From NCBI GenBank assembly GCA_031364845.1, contig JANLWX010000205.1, forward strand, positions 1 through 42,129: a stretch of 42,129 nucleotides of DNA. The letters are read 5' to 3'. The notes beneath the pieces were generated by a model that worked only from the letters and a program-made list of their open reading frames with translations, did no database searches and was not told where the DNA came from. This DNA is from Candidatus Eiseniibacteriota bacterium (GTDB lineage Bacteria; Eisenbacteria; RBG-16-71-46). Numbering within the stretch: the first letter of the stretch is position 1; every line of letters begins with the position of its first letter. Made by a program: the position numbers and the translations under genes. Positions 1 through 7,787 of the stretch are shown in pieces.

Positions 1-1340
1 GGGCTGGCGATGGTGAAGCTGGTGGGTCCTTCGCCGCCGAAGCCAAGCCCGGCGTAGTTGGGGCCGTTCTTGACGAAGATCGAGCAGTCGCAGAGGCGCG
101 CCATCTTCGAGAGCTTCTCGATGTTGCGTGAGTGCATGGACGCGGTGTGGCGGAAGCCGTGCTCGACCAGCAGGGCGTAGTCGATGGCCTCGTCCACCGT
201 GCGCATCCGCACCAGGGGCATGATCGGCATCATCATCTCGGTCCACACGAACGGATGGTCGGCGTCGACCTCGCACAGCGCGATCCGCTTGGAGGAGTCA
301 CAGGGAATGCCGGCCTCGCGCAGGATGACGTCGATGTTCTTGCCGACGAAGCGGCGCTGGATCACCGCGTACTTGCGCGGGCCGTTCTCCTTCTCGAGCA
401 CCACCGCGCGCAAGCGCTCAGTCTGATGCGGCTGCAGCACGACGGCCCCGGCGCGCGCGAACGACTCCTTGAGCCGGTCCGCGATCAATGCGACCGCGAT
501 CACTTCCTTCTCGTCGGTGCAGATGATGTTGTTGTCGAGCGAAGCACCCGAGATCAGATCGCGTGCCGCGCGATCGAGGTCGGCGGTCTCGTCCACCACC
601 GATGGCGGGTTGCCGGGGCCGGCGGTGATCGCCTTCTTCCCCGCCGCGAGCGCTTCCTTGACCACGGCGGGTCCGCCGGTGACGACGTTGAGCCGGATGC
701 CGGGATAGCGCAGCAGCGCCTGCGCGACTTCGAGCGACGGCGTCTCGACCGCGTGGAACAGCGGTTGCGGAACGCCGGCGCGGCGCGCGGCGCGGTTCAT
801 GAGATCGATCGTCAGATTGGAGACTCGGCGCGCGTTCGGGTGCGGACACAGCACCACCGTGTTGCCACCCGCGATCATCGAGATCCCGTTGTTGATGATG
901 GTCTCGCTCGGATTGGTGACCGGCGTGATCACGGCGATCGGACCATACGGCGCGCGCTCCATCAGCGTGAACCCGTGGTCGCCGGTCCACGCGACGGGTT
1001 CGAGATCCTCGGTCCCCGGCGTCTTCTCGGTGACGAGCTGATTCTTGCGGATCTTGTCGTCGACCCGGCCGAGTCCGGTTTCGGAAACCGCGAGTTCGGC
1101 GAGCACCTTGTAGTTCGCCGCGAGCGTCTCGCGGATCGCGGCGATCGCCGCCGCGCGCACTGACAGCGGCACCTGATCGTACGCTTCGAACGAAGCGCGC
1201 GCCCCGGCGACCGCCGAGTCGAGATCGCGATGGATGCCGAGCGGAGCGATGCCGGGCGAATCGGCTCCGCGACCGGTGGCATCGAGCCGCTGCAGCACTT
1301 CGCCGACGATCGATTCGATGCGGCGCGAGTCGATCGTCAT
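1..1340 (-). CDS. eutE: BMC-associated CoA-acylating aldehyde dehydrogenase (EutE/PduP family), 3' end truncated by window edge
   Basis: Not in the ORF track. Manual translation from ATG 1340 (GAGGG RBS about 10 nt upstream): MTIDSRRIESIVGEVLQRL...ETGLGRVDDKIRKN...TPGTEDL...TGDHGFTLMERAPYGPIAVITPVTNPSET...GASLDNNIICTDEKE (catalytic Cys)...HGFRHTASMHS...IFVKNGPNYAGLGFGGEGPTSFTIASP. Lies directly downstream of BMC shell genes. Confidence 0.93.
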   Translation of the reverse strand, partial: MTIDSRRIESIVGEVLQRLDATGRGADSPGIAPLGIHRDLDSAVAGARASFEAYDQVPLSVRAAAIAAIRETLAANYKVLAELAVSETGLGRVDDKIRKNQLVTEKTPGTEDLEPVAWTGDHGFTLMERAPYGPIAVITPVTNPSETIINNGISMIAGGNTVVLCPHPNARRVSNLTIDLMNRAARRAGVPQPLFHAVETPSLEVAQALLRYPGIRLNVVTGGPAVVKEALAAGKKAITAGPGNPPSVVDETADLDRAARDLISGASLDNNIICTDEKEVIAVALIADRLKESFARAGAVVLQPHQTERLRAVVLEKENGPRKYAVIQRRFVGKNIDVILREAGIPCDSSKRIALCEVDADHPFVWTEMMMPIMPLVRMRTVDEAIDYALLVEHGFRHTASMHSRNIEKLSKMARLCDCSIFVKNGPNYAGLGFGGEGPTSFTIAS

Positions 1341-1365
1341 CGGGCGCGTGCCCTCGCCGCGGCCA

Positions 1366-1683
1366 TCACGCGCCGCTGCCGGCAGGACTCATGCCGCGCT
1401 TCAACCACGCGTCCTTGCCCCCGACATCCACCGCATCGACGATGCCGCAGATCACGGCGTCCACCGGCCGGTCACGCGAAACCTCCGTGAGCCGCGCCGA
1501 GGAACCCTGCGCCACCAGCACCAGCTCGCCCTCGCCCGCACCCACGGCGTCGGCCGCGACCACGAGATTCCCTGCCGGCTTGAACTGCGCATCGACTTCG
1601 CGCACCAGCAGGAGCTTGAGGCTCATGAGCGCCGGATCCTTGCGGGTCGAAACCACGCTGCCCATCACCTGGGCGAGAATCAT
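1366..1683 (-). CDS. eutN: BMC-P vertex (pentamer) protein, EutN/CcmL family
   Basis: MILAQVMGSVVSTRKD...KLLLV...VVAADAVGAGEGELVLVAQGSSAR...PVDAVICGIVD matches the EutN/CcmL pattern. Confidence 0.95.
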   Translation of the reverse strand: MILAQVMGSVVSTRKDPALMSLKLLLVREVDAQFKPAGNLVVAADAVGAGEGELVLVAQGSSARLTEVSRDRPVDAVICGIVDAVDVGGKDAWLKRGMSPAGSGA

Positions 1684-1689
1684 CGGACG

Positions 1690-2004
1690 CTACTTCTTCG
1701 CCGCCGTCTCGGCGCGGCGAATCGGCAGGACGTCTTCGAGCATGCCATGCGGACGCGGAATCACGTGGACGGACACCACCTCGCCCACCTTGGCCGCCGC
1801 TGCGGCACCGGCTTCGGTTGCCGCGCGCACCGCGGCGACATCACCGCGCACGATCGCGGTCACGTAACCGCCGCCGATCTTTTCGTACGAAACGAGTTGT
1901 ACGCGTGCCGCCTTCACCATCGCGTCGGAGGCCTCGACCATCGCCACCCAGCCGCGGGTCTCGATCAATCCCAGAGCTTCTTCCTGCATGCGATGCTCCT
2001 TCAT
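1690..2004 (-). CDS. BMC-H hexamer shell protein (EutM/PduA/CcmK-like)
   Basis: ALGLIETRG...[12 protein letters not shown]...[24 protein letters not shown]...VHVIPRPH; start may instead be the second Met (1989). Confidence 0.96.
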   Translation of the reverse strand: MKEHRMQEEALGLIETRGWVAMVEASDAMVKAARVQLVSYEKIGGGYVTAIVRGDVAAVRAATEAGAAAAAKVGEVVSVHVIPRPHGMLEDVLPIRRAETAAKK

Positions 2005-2033
2005 AAGAGGGATGTGTTCCGACCGGCGGTCCG

Positions 2034-2315
2034 TCAGCCGAGCGGGCCAGCGAGCAAATCGTCGAGTTGAGAATCGGGTGCCGCAATGACATGACGTCCG
2101 ACGACTTCACCGACGCGCGCCGCGGCCGCGACGCCCGCGGCGACCGCCGCTTCGACCGAGCCCACGTCCCCGCGCACCGCCACCGTCACGAGCGCGCCGG
2201 AGATGCGTTCGTAGCGGACCAGGCGTACGTTGGCCGTCTTGCACATCGCGTCCGCAGCTTCGACGGCGCCCAGGAACCCGCGCGTCTCGATGAGTCCCAG
2301 CGCTTGTGTTCCCAC
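2034..2315 (-). CDS. BMC-H hexamer shell protein (second paralogue)
   Basis: ALGLIETRG...[12 protein letters not shown]...[16 protein letters not shown]...HVIAAPD; GTG start with GGAG upstream. Confidence 0.94.
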   Translation of the reverse strand: MGTQALGLIETRGFLGAVEAADAMCKTANVRLVRYERISGALVTVAVRGDVGSVEAAVAAGVAAAARVGEVVGRHVIAAPDSQLDDLLAGPLG

Positions 2316-2377
2316 CGAGTTCGGACGTCTCCAGAGTCTCTGCGGCCGGCCACCGCGACCGGCTTCGCGAGGCGCGC

Positions 2378-2406
2378 AACCTAACAGGCGGACCGGTGGG
2401 GGTCAA
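2378..2406 (-). promoter_or_regulatory. sigma70-type promoter of the BMC operon
   Basis: Minus strand TTGACC-N17-TAGGTT, about 60 nt upstream of the first BMC-H start and downstream of a terminator hairpin. Confidence 0.7.
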
Positions 2407-2469
2407 CGCTTGCGGGCGATGACGCGTGCGGCGTGAGTGCGCGCCGCCGGGCGCTTCACCCCCACGCCG

Positions 2470-2501
2470 AAACGCCGCCCCCCGTCTTTGGGGTGCGGCG
2501 T
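2470..2501 (-). terminator. Intrinsic terminator-like hairpin ending ncRNA unit 1
   Basis: Minus strand ACGCCGC-ACCCC-AAAGAC-GGGGG-GCGGCGT followed by TT (short U tract); same position relative to the repeat unit as the 2997-3034 terminator. Confidence 0.6.
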
Positions 2502-2756
2502 CGGGCGATATCATGGGCCACCTGGATCACGTCTGGAGGTGTCTGGCGCTTGAAGCGATGTCGCTCGTGAGCCAGGGGCCCGACAAATTGGTTCCCCATA
2601 TCGACCGTGCGCCGGTCCGTAAGACTCCTTCGGCTCGCGATAGGGGATCAGCCCACAGCCGGTCAACCACGCGTCGCACAGGGAACACAATGTTTGGTTT
2701 TTTTTGAGCCGCGGTCGTCGTTCGTGCTGCGTGTCTGCTCACGACTGCGGTGATAC
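2470..2756 (-). ncRNA. Putative structured small RNA, copy 1 (~287 nt, family not recognised)
   Basis: Lies between a sigma54-type promoter and a terminator. Predicted 5' hairpin, A-rich linker (AAAAAAAACCAAAC), 96-nt rod (2591-2686), and stem 2515-2581 (GGGCC-CCUGG-C-UCACG / CGUGA-U-CCAGG-U-GGCCC) whose loop carries GCGCCAGACACCUCCAG. Homologous to copy 2; G-U pairs in the rod favour the minus strand. Ends are inferred. Confidence 0.7.
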
Positions 2757-2767
2757 CGAAGTACATC

Positions 2768-2781
2768 GCAAGCTCGGTGCC
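2768..2781 (-). promoter_or_regulatory. sigma54 (RpoN) -24/-12 promoter of ncRNA copy 1
   Basis: Minus strand cGGCACCGAGCTTGCg = GG-N10-GC, close to consensus TGGCACG-N4-TTGC; conserved at the same position in copy 2. Confidence 0.72.
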
Positions 2782-2996
2782 GCGGCGCATCCCGCAGGCC
2801 GCGCGGTGGCGGAACGCGCCGCAAGTCGATGACCGCGAACGCAATGACGCGCGCGGCTCCACCATCGGAGACAGGAGTCGCGCGCGGCGCGCTGTGCTCG
2901 ATTGGGGCGTATGGCGCGATCAAGGGCGCCGGCATGGGTGGAAGCGCGGAGCGAAGTTGGGTTCGACGGCGGGCCGGTTCCACGCCGGCCGAACTC

Positions 2997-3034
2997 AAAA
3001 CAAAAGCGCCGCGCCCGGAGGAGGTGGCGCGGCG
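2997..3034 (-). terminator. Rho-independent terminator ending ncRNA unit 2
   Basis: Minus strand CGCCGCGCC-ACCTCCTCCG-GGCGCGGCG followed by CTTTTGTTTT. Confidence 0.8.
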
Positions 3035-3286
3035 TTTCGTTGAGATGAAGGGCCCCCGGTCACGCTGGAGGTGTCTGGCGCACTGGAAGTACATGAGCCG
3101 ACGGCCCGACAAAAACGTTCCCCGCCTCGACCGTGCGTCGGTCCGTAAGACTCCTTCGCTCGCGATAGGGGGTCAGCCCACAGCCGATCAATCACGAGTC
3201 GCACAGGGAACAACACTTATTCAGTTTTGGGCCGGGCGCCGCGTCCCGTTTCCGGGATCCAAGTTCGCGGCGACGCCGGCTTCACT
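2997..3286 (-). ncRNA. Putative structured small RNA, copy 2 (~290 nt, family not recognised)
   Basis: Same architecture as copy 1: 5' hairpin capped by UCCCG-GAAA-CGGGA (GNRA loop), A-rich linker, 95-nt rod (3117-3211), stem 3050-3107 with the identical 17-nt loop motif, then terminator. Ends are inferred. Confidence 0.72.
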
Positions 3287-3297
3287 GAAGTAGGTTC

Positions 3298-3311
3298 GCA
3301 AGTGCGGTGCC
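3298..3311 (-). promoter_or_regulatory. sigma54 (RpoN) -24/-12 promoter of ncRNA copy 2
   Basis: Minus strand cGGCACCGCACTTGCg = GG-N10-GC; differs from copy 1 only in the spacer. Confidence 0.72.
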
Positions 3312-3505
3312 GCGGAGGCTGCGGCATGCGAAGTCGGAAGGAGTTCGGGGTCCAATCCGAAGCGGCAGAACAGATTGTCGCCGGGGCGTGCGCCGTCAGG
3401 CGAAGGCAGCCCTCCCCTCACCCGCCGCAATTCCCGGGTGTGATCGCTCGGAATCCGCATGCGAGTGGGAAATGCCGCGCAGCCGGCAGTGCGGCGAGTG
3501 GTGAG

Positions 3506-4591
3506 CTACGCTCCGGCGGGCTCCGGGGCCGAGGTCGCCGCGGTCGCCGGAGTTCCTTCGAGCAGCGTCTCGGCGAAATGGCATGCCGACCAGTGTCCCG
3601 GCCGTACCTCGCGCAACAGCGGCTCTTCGACGGCACACATCGGCTGCGCCATGAAGCACCGTGGATGGAACCGGCATCCCGACGGCGGCTTTGACGGACT
3701 CGGCACGTCGCCCTTGAGCACGATGCGCTTGCGCCGCCGCGCGGGATCGGCGATCGGGATCGCCGACAGCAGTGCGATGCTGTACGGATGCAGCGGCCGG
3801 GCGTAGAGCCCGCGGCTCGTGGCCAGCTCGACGATCTTGCCGAGGTACATGACCGCCACGCGATCGCTGATGTGCTCGACCACCGACAGGTCGTGAGCCA
3901 CGAACACATACGTGAGGTTCATCGACTTCTGGAGGTCGCGCAGCAGGTTGATGATCTGCGCCTGGATGGACACGTCGAGCGCCGACACCGGTTCGTCGGC
4001 GACGATCAGGCGCGGGCCGACCGCGAGCGCGCGCGCGACACCGATGCGCTGGCGCTGGCCACCCGAGAACTCGTGCGGATAGCGCCGCGCGTGATCGGGC
4101 GACAGTCCGACGGTGGTGAGCAGTTCGGCGACGCGCTCGCGCGCCTTCGCGCCGCGCGCGATGCCGTGGATCGAGAGCGCCTCGCCGATCATGCTGCCGA
4201 CGGTGAGGCGCGGGTTCAAGCTCGAGTAGGGATCCTGAAACACGATCTGCATCTGGCGGCGCAGCTCACGCAATTCGCGGCGCGGCATGGTCGTGACTTC
4301 GCGTCCGTCGAAGCGCACGCTGCCCGAAGTCGGTTCGATCAGACGCAGGATGCAGCGTCCGGTCGTGGTCTTGCCGCATCCGCTCTCGCCCACCAGCCCC
4401 AGCACTTCACCGGGTGCCACCGAGAACGTGACGCCGTCGACCGCGCGCACCGCACCGACCGTGCGCGGGATCAGTCCCTTGCGGATCGGGAAGTGTTTGA
4501 CGAGACCTTCGACCGCGAGCAGCGGCGTTTCAGTCTTTGCGGTGCCGCTCGCCTGGCCTGCCGCCATCGGAACTTGGGGAGTCGCACTCAC
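3506..4591 (-). CDS. oppF: Oligopeptide/dipeptide ABC transporter ATP-binding subunit
   Basis: [32 protein letters not shown]-terminal GCRFHPRC...C...SACH domain. Confidence 0.95.
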   Translation of the reverse strand: MSATPQVPMAAGQASGTAKTETPLLAVEGLVKHFPIRKGLIPRTVGAVRAVDGVTFSVAPGEVLGLVGESGCGKTTTGRCILRLIEPTSGSVRFDGREVTTMPRRELRELRRQMQIVFQDPYSSLNPRLTVGSMIGEALSIHGIARGAKARERVAELLTTVGLSPDHARRYPHEFSGGQRQRIGVARALAVGPRLIVADEPVSALDVSIQAQIINLLRDLQKSMNLTYVFVAHDLSVVEHISDRVAVMYLGKIVELATSRGLYARPLHPYSIALLSAIPIADPARRRKRIVLKGDVPSPSKPPSGCRFHPRCFMAQPMCAVEEPLLREVRPGHWSACHFAETLLEGTPATAATSAPEPAGA

Positions 4592-5607
4592 ACCGCGCCC
4601 CCTTCCATCGCCTGCACCGGATCGAGCGTGCCGCGGTGGATCTCGTCCGCGCGCCAGCAGCGCGACAGCCGTCCGTCCTCGAACGCCATCATAGGGGGAT
4701 CGGTGAGACAGCGGTCCTGGCGCACCGGGCAGCGCGGATGAAAGCGGCAGCCTTTCGGAAACCGGACTGGATTGGGAACGTTGCCGGGAATCACGCGCAG
4801 GCGATCCTGAACCACCCCGAGCTTGGGCAGCGACGCCTGGAGCCCCGCGGTGTACGGATGCAGCGGCTTCTGGAACGTGGCCCCGACCGCCGCGTACTCG
4901 ACGACCTGTCCCGCATACATCACGGCGACGCGATCGGCGGTCTCCGCCACCACGCCGAGATCGTGCGTGATCAGCAGCACCGCCATGCCGAGTTCGCGCT
5001 GGAGCTGCTTCAGGAGCTCCAAGATCTGCGCCTGAATCGTGACGTCGAGTGCGGTGGTCGGCTCATCGGCGATCAGGATCGCGGGACGGCATGCGAGCGC
5101 CATCGCGATCATCACACGCTGGCGCATGCCGCCCGACATCTGATGCGGGTACTCATCGACGCGCTGCTCGGGCGATGGAATCCCGACGCGCTGCAGCATC
5201 TCGATCGCGCGCGCGCGTGCGGCAGCACGATCGACCTTCTCGTGCAGCACGACCGCTTCGATGATCTGCTCGCCGCAGGTGTAGACCGGATTGAGCGACG
5301 TCATCGGCTCCTGGAAGATCATCGAGATCTCCTTGCCGCGGATCGCGCGCATCGCCTTGGGATCGAGCTCGAGCAGGTTCTGGCCCTTTAAGCGGATCGA
5401 GCCCCCGACGATGCGGCCCGGCGGATCCGCGATCAGTCTCAGGATCGACAGCGACGTCACGCTCTTGCCGCTGCCGGACTCTCCGACGATCGCGAGCGTC
5501 TCGCCCGGCTCCACTTCGAACGACACGCCATCGACCGCGCGCACCACACCGTCGTCGGTGAAGAAGTGCGTGCGCAGATCGCGGACTTCGAGCATTGCGT
5601 GCGTCAT
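4588..5607 (-). CDS. oppD: Oligopeptide/dipeptide ABC transporter ATP-binding subunit
   Basis: [39 protein letters not shown]. Confidence 0.95.
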   Translation of the reverse strand: MTHAMLEVRDLRTHFFTDDGVVRAVDGVSFEVEPGETLAIVGESGSGKSVTSLSILRLIADPPGRIVGGSIRLKGQNLLELDPKAMRAIRGKEISMIFQEPMTSLNPVYTCGEQIIEAVVLHEKVDRAAARARAIEMLQRVGIPSPEQRVDEYPHQMSGGMRQRVMIAMALACRPAILIADEPTTALDVTIQAQILELLKQLQRELGMAVLLITHDLGVVAETADRVAVMYAGQVVEYAAVGATFQKPLHPYTAGLQASLPKLGVVQDRLRVIPGNVPNPVRFPKGCRFHPRCPVRQDRCLTDPPMMAFEDGRLSRCWRADEIHRGTLDPVQAMEGGAV

Positions 5608-5650
5608 CGAGCGCCCCGCGCGTCCACTGCCGGCATCCTATTGCGCGTCG

Positions 5651-6820
5651 TCATCCTGATTTGCCTCCCTGTACCTTGCGCGGATCGAGCGCATCCCGGA
5701 GTCCATCTCCGAGGAAGTTGAATGCCATCACCGTGAGGAAGATCGCGGTTCCCGGCACGAACAGCAGCCACGGGAACGAGCTGAGCGCCCTCAGGCTCCG
5801 GGCCTGGATGAGCATGTTGCCCCACGATGCACTCGGTTCCTGAACCCCGACGCCGAGGAACGACAGAAACACCTCACCGAGAATATAGCCGGGAATCGCG
5901 ATCGTCGCCGCCACGATCACGAACGACATCGTGTTGGGAAGAATGTGGCGCGCGATGATGCGCAGACGGCCCGCGCCGAGCGCCTCGGCCGCGGTCACGT
6001 ATTCCGCGCGCCGGATCGACAACACCATGCCGCGGATCACGCGCGCGAGACCGGCCCACCCGATGAACGCGAGGATCGCCACGATCGTGAGATACACCTG
6101 CTGGCTCGGCAGATCGGCCGGGAACACCGCGCGCAACGCGATGATCAGATAGAGCCCGGGGATCGTGAGCAGCAGTTCGGTCATGCGCATGATCAGGACG
6201 TCGACCCAGCCGCCGAAGTAACCCGCAACGCCGCCCAACAGCAACCCGAGCGTGAACGAAATCGCGATCCCGACCAGCCCGACCGTGAGCGAGATCTGTC
6301 CGCCGTGCAGCAGTCGCGACATCATGTCGCGGCCGAGCGGATCGGCGCCGAGCAGGAACACGACATCCGGTGCGGCGACACCGTACAGATGGCGGTCGGT
6401 CGGCAGCACGCCGAACAGCTTGTAGCGCGCGCCGCGCACGAACAGCCGCAGCGGCACGATGCGCGAGCGGTCCTCGACGTACTCGAGGTCCATCGGCGAG
6501 GTCAGCGTCATCGGATTCACGTAGGGCCCGCGAAAGTGGCCCTGCCCGTCGAACCAGTGGATCCGGTGCGGCGGGTGGAAGAAGCGGTTGCGGTCCATGG
6601 TTTCGGGCGCGTAGGCCGCGAGGAACGGTGCCAGCAGCGCCGACAGGTAGAACACGAACAGCAGGCTGCCTCCCGCGACCGCGAGCGGGCTGCGGCGGAA
6701 CTGACGCCAGAACAACTGCCCCGGCGACTGCGGCGCGCCGAAGCGCTCCACTTCGATGGCATCCGGCGCCGGCATGGACGCGGTGGCGGGCGGCGCGGCG
6801 GTGAGTCGCGGATCAGTCAT
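5651..6820 (-). CDS. oppC: Peptide ABC transporter permease (OppC/DppC type)
   Basis: [21 protein letters not shown] (EAA loop), [33 protein letters not shown]. Confidence 0.95.
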   Translation of the reverse strand: MTDPRLTAAPPATASMPAPDAIEVERFGAPQSPGQLFWRQFRRSPLAVAGGSLLFVFYLSALLAPFLAAYAPETMDRNRFFHPPHRIHWFDGQGHFRGPYVNPMTLTSPMDLEYVEDRSRIVPLRLFVRGARYKLFGVLPTDRHLYGVAAPDVVFLLGADPLGRDMMSRLLHGGQISLTVGLVGIAISFTLGLLLGGVAGYFGGWVDVLIMRMTELLLTIPGLYLIIALRAVFPADLPSQQVYLTIVAILAFIGWAGLARVIRGMVLSIRRAEYVTAAEALGAGRLRIIARHILPNTMSFVIVAATIAIPGYILGEVFLSFLGVGVQEPSASWGNMLIQARSLRALSSFPWLLFVPGTAIFLTVMAFNFLGDGLRDALDPRKVQGGKSG

Positions 6821-7781
6821 ATGCGATCCGCGGATCGGTGACGGCGAGCAGCACGTCGGCGATCAGATTTCCCAGTATGAGCACCACCGACGCCATCAGC
6901 ACCGATCCCATCACGAGATACTGGTCCTGCGACAGGATCGCATCGAGCGTGATGCGCCCGAGTCCGGGCCACGAAAAGATGATCTCAGCGACGAACGAGC
7001 CCGACACCAGCGATCCGAGCGTGTACCCGAACAACGTGATGAGCGGGTTCACGGCATTGCGCAGCGCGTGCTTGAAGATCACCGAGTTCTCGGACAGGCC
7101 CTTCGCACGGGCGGTCGTCACGTAGTCGAGCCGCAGCACGTCGAGCAGGTTGCCGCGCATCTGGCGCATGCGTCCCGCCAGCGGAATCAATCCGACCACG
7201 AGGGCCGGCAGTGCGAGGTGGTGCGCGAGATCCAGCAGCCGGCCGATCGTGTCCAGCTCGTCGTGGTCGATCGAGCGCATCCCTCCGACCGGAAACCAGC
7301 CGGTCTTGGCGGCGAGCAGCAGCAGCAGGAGGCCCGACAGCACTTCGGGAATCGAGAGCCAGATGAACGCGAGCAGCGAGAGGATGCGGTCCGCCCACGA
7401 GTACTGCCGCACCGCGGCCCACACGCCGAGCGGAATCGCGAGGCCCCACGTGACGATCGCGGCCGCGCCGGCCAGCAGCAACGTGTTGAGCAGCCCTTCG
7501 CGCAGCACCGTGAACACCGGCTGATGGCGTGAGAACGATTCGCCGAAATCGAATCGCAGGAACAGGTTCTTCAAATAGAGCCCGTACTGGGCCCACCACG
7601 GCTGGTCGAGACCGAAGCGGCGGCGCATCGCCTCCAGCGTCTCCGGCGAGATCTGCGGATTCTCGGCCATCGTGTTGAGGAAGTCGCCGGGTGCGAGCTG
7701 CAGAAGCAGGAACGTGAGTGCCGAAATGCCGATCAGGAGCGGGAACACCTGCAGCAGCCGCTTGAGGAGAAACGTGCGCAT
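6813..7781 (-). CDS. oppB: Peptide ABC transporter permease (OppB/DppB type)
   Basis: LAPGD, FGLDQP, DYVTTARAKGL, HALRNA, FSWPGLG, DPRI. Confidence 0.95.
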   Translation of the reverse strand: MRTFLLKRLLQVFPLLIGISALTFLLLQLAPGDFLNTMAENPQISPETLEAMRRRFGLDQPWWAQYGLYLKNLFLRFDFGESFSRHQPVFTVLREGLLNTLLLAGAAAIVTWGLAIPLGVWAAVRQYSWADRILSLLAFIWLSIPEVLSGLLLLLLAAKTGWFPVGGMRSIDHDELDTIGRLLDLAHHLALPALVVGLIPLAGRMRQMRGNLLDVLRLDYVTTARAKGLSENSVIFKHALRNAVNPLITLFGYTLGSLVSGSFVAEIIFSWPGLGRITLDAILSQDQYLVMGSVLMASVVLILGNLIADVLLAVTDPRIAYD

Positions 7782-7787
7782 CGGCGG

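Larger units (their letters stand above)
2515..3315. repeat. Tandem diverged direct repeat: units of about 270 bp at 2515-2785 and 3050-3315
   Basis: Exact shared blocks CTGGAGGTGTCTGGCGC (2533-2549 / 3065-3081), GGCCCGACAAA and CGGTGCCGCGG (2775-2785 / 3305-3315), plus a near-identical core 2591-2686 / 3117-3211. Confidence 0.95.

Noticed and set aside
2546..2781. End-to-end pairing of each unit (GCTTGCGATGT with ACATCGC..AAGC), suggesting a 6S-like rod or MITE
   Set aside because: The local stems 2515-2581 and 3050-3107 are better supported in both copies, the 5' partner lies in the predicted untranscribed promoter, and no target-site duplication was seen. Not fully excluded without folding calculations.
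2856..2970. tmRNA/tRNA-like fragments (CTCCACCA, GGTTCGAC) on the plus strand
   Set aside because: No T-arm precedes the CCA and no acceptor stem or cloverleaf can be built
2527..3216. ORFs 2527-2865 and 2995-3216 sharing the peptide DRLWADPLSRA
   Set aside because: The similarity comes from the nucleotide repeat; a 1-nt indel shifts the frame right after it, and substitutions preserve base pairing rather than codons
2470..3315. Tandem riboswitch (glycine or cobalamin) controlling the BMC operon
   Set aside because: Only fragments resemble them (CCGAAGGAG; GCCAGACACCU) and the other core motifs are absent. Each unit has its own promoter-like motif, and the BMC genes have a separate promoter downstream of the last terminator.
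2515..3315. CRISPR array or retron ncRNA
   Set aside because: Only two long units, no repeat-spacer periodicity, and no cas or reverse-transcriptase gene in the window
3395..3410. SRP RNA-like GTCAGGCGAAGGCAGC
   Set aside because: Too short for the helix-8 motif (CAGG-stem-GNRA-stem-AGCAG) and lacks a convincing flanking helix
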